From Chrysomallon squamiferum (Eukaryota; Animalia; Mollusca), in contig CM022670.1 in assembly GCA_012295275.1 (NCBI GenBank), positions 31,124,001-31,188,000 on the forward strand: a DNA stretch of 64,000 nucleotides, written 5' to 3'. A program made the translations under genes and the position numbers. Of the stretch, positions 30,368-44,100 are shown piece by piece (within the stretch, counting starts at the first letter, position 1; each line of letters begins with the position of its first letter). Under the pieces are notes generated by a model. It was given only the letters and a program-made list of their open reading frames with translations, ran no database searches and was not told where the DNA came from.

Positions 30368-33300
30368 CATCAGCATCATCATCATCATCATTAGCACTAG
30401 CAGAAATAGTATTAGTAGTAGTAATTGTTGTTGTTATTGTTATAATAATATTGATGCTGTTGGTAATAACAATAGGATTACCACAAAGACAACAGTTACA
30501 CTATTGCCACTACTATATAATGCTAGTACTATTAATACTAATTTTCAGCAATCGGTTTAGAACAAAATTTAATAAGAACACATTTTTTTTTTCATAAAAT
30601 GAATTGGTTTAATTATTCTGAAAATCATATGACATGAATTGCATTACAATAAATAAAAAATATATATATATAAATAAATAGGGAAGGAAGGAAGGAAAGA
30701 AAGAAAAGAAATGAAAATAATGCTTTTATTCAAAGTTTAATCTAAAATTTCATAAATCAGAATGTATTTGTCATTACATAACACAGATTTTGTAAACACT
30801 TTGCACACACACAAAAAAAAGATAAGAAAATATGATCTTATAATAAATAAATAACAAAATCAAACTCACTTTCAGTTATAAAAAGTTCTCGTCCTCGCTT
30901 TTTAATTTTAAATTAAACAAAAGCTATTGTTGTCACAACGAGGTGAAATCCAATATCTTAATTCCAATTATGACATCAAACTGCTGAAACTTCTTCTTCC
31001 TTTACTACCAACATTAACCCCGCTGCTACAGCTACTACTAATAATACTAATACTACAACTATAGCTACTACAGCTATTACAAGAAGAACAACAACAACCA
31101 CTACTGCTACTATTAAATTCTTAACTTAGATATGGTTCTATTATATCTCATTCTAAAACATTCTATATTTCTACGATAATCTACACTACAATAAATATAC
31201 CGTTTATAACTTTCCCTTTCCATTAACGGAACCATCCACGTATAGTTATGTGGTCCGTTCTGTTTGTTATATATACACATTATGTATACTTTATCTCACT
31301 GAAAACCTTATTATATATTTATTCCTGATCGTGAGCGATTAACATCAATCTGTTCCATTAACACTCAGCTACCAGAGCTCTGAGCAGTCGTAGAAAAGAT
31401 AACCTTTGAGCATGCTGAACTCGGTGTAATTCTACGAATTCATATGCATGGTACTGTTCAGTGAGAAGTTACGAAAATAAACCTTGATTATAGAGCAGCC
31501 CGTATGTAACTTGAGTAAGCCTGTATTACCGAATCCAATCAGTGGTTTCGGTCTTTCACTCGTGAAAGACCTAATGCTAATATTAGACGCCAAAGGGAAC
31601 AAGAGCGTTTGATGAGCTGAACTCTACTAGCATGTTGATGATCTCGGGGATCCGGTATAGTGGAAATTTTAACAAATTAAGTAATCGATCGGTTCATAAA
31701 ATATCTCATAAATACTTACTATATCACAACTTGAAGATGTAAAAAGAGAAAGTCATCTCCTGAAAACTGTATGTATTAATAAATTAATATAAATGGAAAG
31801 TGAATTAAATAAAGCAGTTCATGAATTTTATAGGTACTACGGTCAACGTTTTCATCCAGCAGTGCTTTAGTTAAATCAGTTTTATGGAAGTCATCGTATT
31901 TAAATTTAATTATCATTTTCCTTTTTAAAATTAATTAATTAATTAATTTTCTATTCTCTCGTAGTTTTCTACGAGAGAATAGAAAAATAAATCATGAATA
32001 TTTAAGAGGTATGTTATATGGGAATGTATAGTGCCCGAGGCTTAAGAATCACAATTAGAAACTTCTGTTACCCGAAGAGTAATGTTCATCTGAATCAGTG
32101 TATTCAATCACATAAGCAATACAGGCAAAACTGGATTTTGTATTAAACTAATATTAAAATGCAATGGCCTTTAGACACACGCCATTTCCAATTATTAATT
32201 GTTCTTACTAGTGATAGGGATTATTTAACGGGCCGAGATTTCCTGTTTTAATGGAAAGCCAGGGTAAGAGGAATGAAAGCATAAAAGCACTAACGGATAA
32301 TTCAGTAAACACAAGCATTTGTTTGCAAACATTTAATCAACCAAGTTAATAATTTTGATTATCTCGTCCACGGCAAAAGACAAAGCTAAACAGTGACATC
32401 TTCCGCCATACAACACAGTCGTGACCAGCGTGTGTGGTGACAACATGTATTTTTCCAGTCTCTAGAAGAGAAACCACATTTTAAAAAATAATAATTTTAT
32501 TTTATAGTAGATTTTTTTCTTCTTTTTATTATAATTAAATATAAATTAAAAAGGATATCAAAGTTTAGATATAAAAACTAATGAACAAATAATTTATGAA
32601 AAACAAAACCTATGTTATTATAAATCTATAACATTTCAAAAGAAAATAATTACTATTTTGTTTTAAGTTTACAGTAATTATTACTCGTGAAATTGCTATG
32701 TCACTGTGATTTGTAAATCACAAGCCCAAAACATGTGATTTTATTATTTAAAAAAAACCTCATTAATTTACGTATTCCATGAAGACTCTGATTTGCTTTT
32801 CTTAAATGTTAATAAACGAGTGAAGATTATATTCATTCTCAGTAAGTTTATATATAAGTGATATGTATATATTATTATAATTATGCGTGTATGTGTGTAT
32901 TCGTGCAGATACTCACGTATGCACGTATTCACGTACGTTTTGTGTCCGCTTTTTGGAATGCAATTTTCTTTACATTCTGTTTGGATGAAAATCTTTATGG
33001 AATAAAAGAAAATGGAAAAAACTTAAAAGGTATAAAAATTAGAGAGAGACGACATAAAAAAGAGAGATAAAAAAAAGAAAGAAAGAAAAGAGAGAGAAAC
33101 AGAACGCGTGAGAGAGAAAGAGAGACAGAGAGAGAAAGCAAGAGTGACGAAGATAGTAAGAGAGTGAAAGAGAGAGTGACTGAGAAAGAGAGAAAGAGAA
33201 AGAGGGAATTATTGTAATCACAAATACTATGAAAATGTGAGAAGGAATGAAATCAGAAAGTGAGGAAGAGAGAAGGAGAAAGAGATAATTATTGTAATAC

Positions 33301-34290
33301 CAATTCACAAATCCTATGAACCAATGAGTTATCTCCAAAACATATACTTAAAATTAAAAACATTACAGAAATACAATCGTTTCAGTATTGTCGTCCGTTA
33401 TTTAAAGATAAAGCTTGATCACGATTTTTCATTAGATGACGATTTAACATATTCACTAATTGCAGGTTACATATGACTATTATTATGACAGCTGCCAAGA
33501 ATACTTGCTATTTATTATTTTCATTCATTTACTTTACTGTGGATCGTTTCCAGCTGAGACATTTCTTAAATTAAATGTTTATTAAAATTATTATCCAATT
33601 AAACTTCTACATGTCCGCTAAACCAACTGCAAATAAATTTTAACTTGTTTGTATGCAAAACTTTTCTGAAAAGATTTTATAACTGAAGTTAAGTTAAATA
33701 GCAAACATATTTTTTTACTTTCAGTGAAACAATACAACTGAATAACAAACCATGGAAATTTTAGAAATTGACATTCGTATAGTAATCATATAAATCAGTT
33801 TTACCATTAACATGTCATCCTCTCTAAATAGTAAAAATAAGACGATATCTACGGTTTATTCGACTGCCGGGAGAAATTGCCAAACAATTATTCACATCAA
33901 CAAACATCTATTATTTTTCAGTAATCGGCAGTCTCTTGTCAGCTATGATATGACAAATGATGCTAAACAAACTATTAATTAAAGAAACGTGCGACTGACA
34001 ATCGCATCAAAAATGTATACTTTCTCTAGCCGCGCTGGTCACATCAGCCCTTTGACATAGAGCGATAGGATATTGTGCCATCCAGACAACGTTGGTAACA
34101 GAGGTCGACGCCCGCGCTGACGTAGTTTACGATAACACGTGGAAGAAACACATTGATTTACCCTTCTTAATAAAGTCATTGGAGATGTTTTGGAGATATG
34201 CTGCATGCAATTTACATTTATTGCCTTATATGTAAAAACTCCTATTGTTCATGATTTTAACAGCTATAGGGTATCTTCAAAAACAAATAT

Positions 34291-34294
<4 letters not shown>

Positions 34295-34360
<66 letters not shown>
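34295..34360. repeat. (CT)n microsatellite
   Basis: Directly visible. Confidence 0.97.
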
Positions 34361-34364
<4 letters not shown>

Positions 34365-34852
34365 ATGTGTGTGGATGTGTATATAATTACATATATACAT
34401 ACATACATATACATATATACACACAGATAAATATACATATACATATATAGATATATACAGTGTATATATACAGTGGAAGTAAGTGTTTCCCAATGAACTC
34501 GCACTGACCTGTCATCATCTAGCTGCCCTCATGAGACTTTCTGTCGACTGTAGTAAAAGGATGATCTATACGCAACATTGCACAGCCAGTTTCCTGACTG
34601 AATCAGATATTACATATATTTTCTAAATTATTTAGAAATCATTCATATTTCTTTCTCTCCTTTCTCCCTCTTTCTGTCTGCATGTTTGTGTGTATACTAT
34701 GTATATATTATGTACGTGTGTATACGTTTACATACTCATATATACATATATATCTATATACATACATAAACATGCATCTACTTACATACATACTTTTGTT
34801 ATTATTATCTTCATAACTATTATTACTATCATCTTCATTATCATCATCATCA

Positions 34853-34885
<33 letters not shown>

Positions 34886-35171
34886 GCTCATCCTGTAAAC
34901 AGGAAGAGTTATTAATAATTAGTCGTAGATCATACTTAAGACACCTCCGCTTACGTCATCGCTATTAAGACACCTGCCAACATGTCCAATTAATTGATTT
35001 AACTCCTTCTGTCTGTTCACTATTGACAGTTTCACACGATTTGTTATTGCTCTCAGATTAACGTTTTATTACAAAGAACTTTAGTGGAATATATATACAC
35101 GTAAGTACACACTCTCTTTCTCTCTCACACACACACAGACACAAAAACACAGACAAACACACACAGACAAA

Positions 35172-35324
<153 letters not shown>

Positions 35325-36117
35325 ACACAGACTAATATGCATATATATATGCACATTCAAAGAGAGAGAAAGCGAAATAAGTTATTATATGTATTTGACA
35401 TCATCATTTTTCTTTCAGTCTTACATATATCTGCTAATTTATCGCTAGATTCTTTCTCAGCTTTTATAATTCTTTCAGCTTATTATTGTTTTACTTAAAC
35501 GTCTACAGAAAATAACCTACAAATGTTAACCAGTCTTGAGACCACAAGAGAGTAACTTTCTTACCGATTTAGACAGATATTTATGCATGTTGATATTTAA
35601 CTAAAACTGTTTATGGAAAGAACTCGTCAGAATTTTCCATGTTAGCAAAGAAAGCCGTTTTACAGAACACGTTCAGTGAATGTTGCTTTGCTTTTCAAAT
35701 GATTCGATTTGTAAATTTTTCCGACATGGCACTCCACAAACCACAGAGATTACTGGCACAGATAAAACAGCGAAGGCATGTACACATTTATCTGATCCTT
35801 CTGCAAACGATTTTAACGTAAACTGGGAACAGTTGGTGTCTGTTAAAAGAGTATTGGCTCCACCATATATCTGATTGCGACTAGTAAATGAAATATTAAC
35901 GTTCGTTGTTATTTTCAAGTTTTGTTTTTTTAGTTTAAAATAAGGAAAAGTTTTAGTTCGGCGGTTAGAACGTATGTTAACGTTTGTGACTGGTAACTGA
36001 TCACTGTTAATTCTAACACTTGCTGATGTGTAATTAAACATTCGTTTAATCAGTTGATTCACAGTGCGATTCTTATTTTTACAGTAATAATAATTAATTC
36101 AATATTTAAATTATACG

Positions 36118-36548
36118 TTTACCTTTACTTTACAATCTACAGTTAGCTTTACGTATTTACCGTTAGTATTACAATATGCCGTTATCTTTACAATGTACTG
36201 TTAGCTTTACAGACTACCACTGGTTTTATAATCTACCGTTAGCTTTACTTTTCTGCAGTTAGCTTTACATATGTACCATTAGTATTACAATCTGCCGTTA
36301 ACTTTTAATATTTGCAGTTAGGTTTACAATCTGCCGTTAACTTTTAATATTTGCAGTTAGGTTTCACAATCTACCGTTAGCTTCTAATGTCTAAAGTTAG
36401 CTTTACAGTATACTCCTAGCTTTACTAGTATGCAGTTAGCTATACAATCTATTGTCAGCTTTACTTGTATGCAATTAAGTTTACATCTCGTTACCTTTAC
36501 AATCTGCCGTTAGTTTTTGATGCTACAGTTATCTGAAGTTAGCTTTTC
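36118..36548. repeat. Degenerate minisatellite, 19-20 bp unit
   Basis: About 20 imperfect copies of TTTACAATCTACCGTTAGC, including an exact higher-order duplication of TTACAATCTGCCGTTAACTTTTAATATTTGCAGTTAGGT around 36285-36363. Confidence 0.88.
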
Positions 36549-37428
36549 AAGAAATTCGTGACAGCTGGTACACAAATAATAACGGCTACACAGAAATCAG
36601 TAGAGGTTATATTTGAAGTGACAATTTTTGAAGTCGATGAAGATTATTACTGAAGTTAATTATAAGTGTTATGACAATTATATCTGTGGTTACTGAAATA
36701 AGAAAGGTTAGTGATGACTGCTGTACGTATAACAGACAATTATACAAATTAGTTACAATACTACAAATGTTAAGTACAGTTACTAAAAACGTTATTCATA
36801 GCTGGTGCAAAACTTAGACAGTATAAAAGAAAATTATAATATTATAGCAACAGTTAATACTTAAACTTTAATCAGAATTTAGATTTGATAGAAATAACCT
36901 CTTTTGGCCTCTCATTTTAAATGTCTTAAAATGTTTGTGCATAAAACCAGAATTGTTTAAGGACGGATGTAGTATGTTCTTTGTTTATTATTTTATTTAT
37001 GTTCCAAAAATAATTAGATTAGGCTTAGGAAGAAAAAATATATTTAATTAGGAAAGTTACATGTAGCTTTTGTCCTAATTTTCTTTATCATATATCGCGT
37101 TTTTTATAAATAAAAAAATAATAGCTAAATAAGTAAATAAATAAATAATAATATTAAAATCTGTTCAAACGTAAACACACAGACGTATAGTAACATGCAC
37201 ATTTTTTAAGGCTAATAATATATGCCGTGTGACAGGAAATTGGTCACTAAAGACAGCAATTTTGAAGACATCATTGGTGTTTTTCTTTCGATAGCACTTT
37301 GTGCAATGGACCGCATTAAGTGTTCATCAGTTCACCAGACGGTATAATGCTATATATATATACTTTATTCAGACAGAGCAAGAAAATGTAATAGGGTTAT
37401 ATTTTCGTCAGTGTGTGTCTGAAACCTA

Positions 37429-37536
<108 letters not shown>

Positions 37537-38369
37537 AATTCAGAATTAATTGCCCATTTTTATTTTTATTTATTTATTTATTAATTTATTAATTAATTTA
37601 TTTATTTATGTATTTAATGGGTTTTTTGTTTTATTTTATTTTATTTTATTTTATTTACTATATTTATTTATTTTGTCTTCTATAGCGATTTGCGTTATTT
37701 TTAGCTGATTTAGAAGAAAATCAGTTTTAATATCAATTTATTATTTTCTTCGCGGATTTTAAATGACATTTTGCACAGGAGACAGGAAAAAATACCTCTA
37801 ATTTACCACTGAGTGTAAATAATTGTTCAGTGCATTTTATTTGCCAAGATTAACTGTCTCTTACGCTCTTAAGCTGACTCGATGTTTCGCTGGATAAGTT
37901 ACTGCTTTGAAGAAGAAGGTGTTTGCGTTGTTTTGGTACCAGAGCCATCCGAATCATATAGAGGAGAGGTAAAATAACCGATCCCCCTTATTTCTGGCCA
38001 GACCTCTAGAACCCAAGCGCTCTAGAACTATTATGGATTATCATGGTTGTGTAGTTAGTTCAAAGATGATGAGACGGAAGTTCGCCTTGACTTGAAATAC
38101 GTCTTTAGTTTGCGAATGATTATTTTCAAAAATAGATACTTTATTAGACTAAATATTAATGTGATTAAGACATCAGGGAATTTGTTTTGTTTCACCTTTA
38201 GAAGCCAGAATTAGAATATAATGTGTCCAGCATACCGTTTCATTATTAAGCAGAAACCAAAAAACAAACAACAACAAAAAGAAAAAAAAAATTCAGTGCA
38301 GAGATATTTCTAAACTATTCTAATAACTGGAATATGTAATAAGATGTTTTCTGTTTATTTGCTTTTGTT

Positions 38370-38371
<2 letters not shown>

Positions 38372-38442
<71 letters not shown>
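38372..38442. repeat. (TC)n microsatellite
   Basis: Directly visible. Confidence 0.97.
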
Positions 38443-38446
<4 letters not shown>

Positions 38447-39224
38447 ATTCAGATTCATGTTTTCATTTTCTTTCTTTTTTAAGATGAAAATCAGTATCAG
38501 TATCTCATTTGAAAAAGATCTATATAAGGGACATTATCCCTATGCTAAATCGAATTTAACCATTACAAACAGATAACTACCTGCAGTTAAACAAAAAATG
38601 TTTACGTTTGATTGTATACAGCAGAGTATTAACATTACTTTATAAAAAAAAGTGTTGCCTTCATCACTTCCAGTACGTTTACTGAGATCAGTACCTCTAC
38701 TAACCAGTGTAACACTTATCTAAGACCAAGATATGTCTGCCATTTGGTGGCCGCTTATTAGTTCACTGTTGAATTGTTTTTTCTTCAATGTGGATTTACC
38801 GTATAAAACAACAGGTGTTATTTTTTTTATAACTCTTATCAGTGACAAAGAAATTGTCCACTTTTTGCATACCAGTTTAGCCATACTTTATTATGGCATT
38901 TGTCTGAGCAGATATTACTGGTGATTTATTTAACAGACCGATTTATAAGCTTTGGCCTATTTTTAACAGTAAAAACCTGAAACACAAATCCTTAGCATCT
39001 GAATTTGTTTTGTTGTTTCATTTCTGCTTCTAAAACTTCAATGCACGGATTTCAAAAGGATTAAAGTAAAAATAATAAACTGTTACTGATTTATTAGGTT
39101 TATGCTTATTATTTTTAAGATATAAAATTAATGTCAGTTGATAATTATTTATTTATATTACCGAAGTTTATGTGATAAAACAATTTATTGTTATATTTTT
39201 CTTGCTACTACACACCGTGATATT

Positions 39225-39274
<50 letters not shown>

Positions 39275-40211
39275 TGATGATGATGATGATGATGAAGATG
39301 TTGTCAGTAAATCGTTAAGTAATTATTGACAGAAAACACAACAAGATATTTTATCCGAAACCAAAAGCAACCTGGGTCTTCTTTCTTGTTACTGCAGATT
39401 GTTACGCCGGGCCAGTGCGAAACTCGATATCGCGAAAACGGCAGAGCTAAGTCCGTAGCTGAAAACTCGTCATCTTGCGCATCAATTGATCCTGAATTAC
39501 AAGCTCTATCAAACCAGCACCGTGGTAATGAGAAATCATTGTGTAAGGAATCGTCTGCGCATTCATCCAGCCAAACGGTCAAGGCAATCACGTTGTTGGA
39601 CTGTGACAAGGAATCGAAGGTTTTTTCACTTCTTATAAGTTAGTTAGAGTAGATGATGGTCATGGTTAGTACGGCTCAAAAATAATAAGAAAAACAAATC
39701 GAGATAATACATTGACTTAAAATGATTTCTTTCAAAGGAGAGGTTTGAAAAGTATGATCCCGGAAAGTCTGTTTAAAATTAGTTCATATATTTAACTCGT
39801 TTCTGAAGTTGGATGTGAGGAAAAAAACAAACAAAAAGCCCATTAAAGTAGCTGAAGATGATTCCTTGGACGTGTTGATATAATATAGATTTTAAGAGGC
39901 GTGAACCGTCGGAAGTATTATTTCGCATTAATACAATATATGTGATGATATGAAACTTTCTGTATAAAATTTCATAGTAGTTTAAATGGATATTTTCGAT
40001 CAAATACATGGCAACATTGTGTAAATGTTCCTACCAACGAATTTTCTAAGTTTTATCGAATTTTCTCTCATTTTAATAATGTAATAAAAAAATATATCTG
40101 AGTAAACCGTTTTAAAAACAACGCTAGACAACAGATTGACAACAAACAGGAAAACAAAGACATAGTTTTGAAATATATGAAACAAGTATAGTTGCTAAGA
40201 CGACCAATGCC

Positions 40212-40443
40212 ATGTACGACTTATTTGAACTTCACAATAGTTCAGATGCTTTAGAAGGATTTACCTTTCGTCGTAAAACTGAAATTACATCTGTAACCAT
40301 AGTTCTCATTGTTCTGTATATAGCAGCTTTCATTGTGGGTTTGCTAGGAAATTTATTCCTCATAATCATCGTGGGTAAAACAGCACAATTACGAAATGCT
40401 ACCAATTTCTTTCTCTGCAACATGGCCGTTTCCGACTTGTCCG
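40212..40443 (+). CDS. GPCR first coding exon '1B' (short N-terminus, TM1, ICL1, first half of TM2)
   Basis: gccATG at 40212. Translation includes LYIAAFIVGLLGN and RNATNFFLCNMAVSDLS. Donor CCG|GTAAGT has GT at 40444. Length 232 nt gives phase 1. One sequon, NSS. Confidence 0.93.
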
Positions 40444-41031
40444 GTAAGTCATTCTAAAATCTGACCACCTTTTTCCTTCTTTCTTTCTGTTTTACTTACT
40501 TTCTTTCTTTCTGTCTTTCTCTCTTATTTTATTTATTTGTGTATTTATATATTTATTTACTTACTTATTTATTAAGACTATATTTTATACATGGACTGAG
40601 ATCAGCACTAACAATCTTATCATATTTTTATATGCTTATAACAATTATCACCATTATTGTTATTAAGATAGTCATCCATCCATTCATTTATTCATTCATT
40701 CTTTTGTTATTTTGTTCATATACTTTCAAATTTAGTAAACTATTTCACCTTTTTTAATAATTTAAGAACTTGACTGCTGTAGCCCGAGTATGTATCACAG
40801 AGTGATCGAGGTGGTTAAGGTCCGTCAGTGTCAGAATAGTCAGTTACCATTAACTGTGAGACAGCCCACTAAAACTTTGGTTTTTATACCAGTGTTAACA
40901 TGCTGAAACCATCAACATTAGTTATCTCAGTACCTCTGTTTTGTGGTAGTAAAAACTAGTATTTTAAATTAACTGAAATATAAATTTTATTTTTATTTAG
41001 CTTTGTTTTCATTGATTCGTTTGTACATCTA

Positions 41032-41033
<2 letters not shown>

Positions 41034-41102
<69 letters not shown>
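41034..41102. repeat. (CT)n microsatellite in GPCR intron 1
   Basis: Directly visible. Confidence 0.97.
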
Positions 41103-41106
<4 letters not shown>

Positions 41107-44100
41107 AATATTCTGTTATTGTCATTACTATCATCATCATAACCATCATCATTACACGTCGATATGCATCAAGGATTTTGACAATGTTCATCCTACATAT
41201 AGTAAACGAAACAACGTTTGGAACAAATGGCATTGGCCTTTGATCCTGATTACCGAAGGGACTGAAAAGAAAAAACGAAATTACTGAACAGAATCATTGA
41301 AATCCACTTGAATAAAAATATGTGTGGTAAAATGCGTTTAAAAAGTTGTGAGTAAAAGAACCAAAGATAGTGTCTTATGTTTGGCATTCATTCGTGAAAT
41401 GCTTTATTGAAAGAATGTACTTGTACTAAAAATCTTTTAAATGATGTTGTATGCTTAAGTGTATCTGTGTATATGTGAGATGTTTGTTGTGTCTGTCTAT
41501 CTGTTTCTCTCTCTGTTTCTCTGTCTGTCTCTGTGCTGAAAGGAGAATTACACTGAAACCTAACAAAAATAGATCCTCACCAAACCGGAATTACACCCAG
41601 TTTCTGAACTCCAATGAATTATCAAGTACTGAACTTTAAAATTTCATCCAAAACAAACGTTTTACTTAATCCAGACACTGTTCAGTTTTGAGAAGTTTCA
41701 TTCTATGTAGAAAAGCGAGTAAAACATTTTAATAAAAGCATTATCAAGTAAAAGAAATAATAAATTGTTTTCAAAGTTTTCTGTGATTGTGAGTGTTTTT
41801 TCTGCATAACGTTTCATTCAACAATAATTAGCAGTTATTGTTTTTTAGATAACTGTTGGTCAATAAAAAGTAGTCAGAGGAAGAAGAAAAACGACATAAG
41901 AATATATCCCTACTAAATATGCATTAATACCGACGTTACAGCTTCTGAAATGTTAATAAGATAATAAGACTTTTTGCAAGACTAAACTTGAGATACCTGA
42001 ATCTGTAGAAAAAAAAAAAATACCAGTCAATTAATACAAGTAATTCTGTATTTTACCTGAGTGAAGGGTTCTTTATAGTATTATTATTATTGTTGTTGTT
42101 ATTTTCTTTTTCTTTTTTTTTCTTTTGTTTGTTTGTTTGTTTTGCTTCATAAAACAGCTTTAGAACTTAAGCCATCACATTTTTATCTAGGCATAATACT
42201 CTTTTTTATTTCACTGCAACAGAACTAGTCGATTTCCTGTCTTATAGATTGTTATAGTCCTTTGCGTAATTTGTCTGCTTTTCATTTCTGTTTCTGTTTT
42301 TAGAATTAACACGAATTATATGAAATAAAACTAGCATACAGTAATTACCTTCACAAACAATACCACTACTTCTGTATGCTGGCGTAGATGATTTTATGCA
42401 TGCTTTTAGGCATGCTTGGTGTGGGAAAAGTGTTAGAGTTAGGTATGTATGACTATTAATATGGTTCAGATCAAGTCGGCGATATCTACAAGTCTACAAA
42501 TTCTAGTCTGATGCTCTGCAAGTCAGGCCATGATTTTGATAAACAGAAAGACGATTTGTGTTTTTAACGTTATTTGCCAGTGGTCATTATAGAACTATTC
42601 CATGATCATTAAAACTGCTATCAAAATGCATCAGTATTTTTAATTGGGCAATATGGTTCTGGTCGTAAACTAATACCATAGAGGACAGGTGCATAGTCAG
42701 GCATAGATAAAATCTTTTTTTTCGCTTTTTGTATTTCTGACTGACTAGATGGTTTCTGTTTTATAGCTAGCTGCACCATAATCGCGAGTCGATTTAAAGA
42801 CCGCCATATACGTGGAATGCTAGGAAACTTACAATAATTTATATGGATAAATCTGTATCATAAAACCATTACTATTACCAATACGTTTTTATTATTTTTC
42901 TGATTTTCGAAGAAAATTATTTCTTCATACAAAATCACTGTGAATTGACCCTTTGGTTAAATACAAATGAGTGATTATTTCAGAACTGGCTGTGTGCAGT
43001 TAATCGGTGTGTGTGAACGGTGTGTACAGTGTGTACAATCATTCACCGTATTTAGAAAATAACACCAACAACCTGTAGTTGTCAGTGAAAATATACAGTA
43101 AATAAAGAAATCAAACCATATAAATTTGATACATAAAATGTGTATACATATTTTATTTATTTTAGTTTACTGTTTTTTCTTTTCTACTTTTTTTTTATGT
43201 GTGTGGAACTTTTCAAAAGCACGGATGACATTGATTTTATCAGATTCTGTTGGAGACTGAGAATTACGAATTGTGCAGCCGAAGGTGAAATAAAATCATG
43301 TGTTTATACATATATACATACATACATACATACTTATTTTATATGTACACAAACAGATACATTTCTTTTATTAGTACTATTCACTGAGCTATCCAGGAAC
43401 AACCGTGCCCACAAGATACAATACCAAACTCAATAAGATTCTTTTCTTTCTGTATTAGATATTATTATTATTTCTTCTTTCTTGCTGCTTCGTCTATAAT
43501 GTGTTATGAACAACAAAGTTAAGGATTATGAGGACTCGGAGAGCATTAAACCTTCTTTAATTTTTACTCAGGAGACATTCAGATACTCGGTGACAACGAG
43601 AAGTTCAGATCAGCTCTCTCAGTGAGTGAGACATCCAGGTTAATGCAATAATAAGACTTTCAGGTAGAAGGATAATGCTTTTGTCGATGACTTCGGATAA
43701 ATACAATCCATGCTTTTGCTGAAAGTTACCGGCTTTAAGTAATAAAGTGTTTATGTAATTTAACTAGTAACCAGTAGCATAAGTAAAGTTAATGTGTTTC
43801 AGAATAATAGTTTGTTACTTGCGATCATTATTGTACTAATAATAAAATTTTGTAATATAATAATAAATTCATTCTAGAAAAATGATGCTTATTTACTTTT
43901 GATGATGTCATTTCATAAAAAGTTGGTGCTGACACGTTTATTTTATTATTATTGTCATTATCATCATCAATTAGATTTATTTTTACTATTAGAATAATTT
44001 AACAATATAAATACCAAAATGGTATGTCTTTTACTAATTAACATGAACCTTCTAACAAAAGCCTCATGAATCCTCAAAACGTTTGCAAAAAAAAGTGAAA

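Noticed and set aside
35639-36062. Three overlapping non-repetitive ORFs (60-129 aa)
   Set aside because: They show no recognisable GPCR, transposase or other motifs and no consistent splice signals.
36118-36548. Regularly spaced repeats considered as a CRISPR-like array
   Set aside because: The units are contiguous and degenerate with no unique spacers. The context is eukaryotic and there are no cas genes.
40800-40900. A-box-like GATCGAGGTGGTTAAGG (and GGCGCCGTGGTGGG near 59958) as tRNA or SINE heads
   Set aside because: There is no recognisable B box or cloverleaf. At most these are very decayed SINE remnants, which I cannot support from this window.
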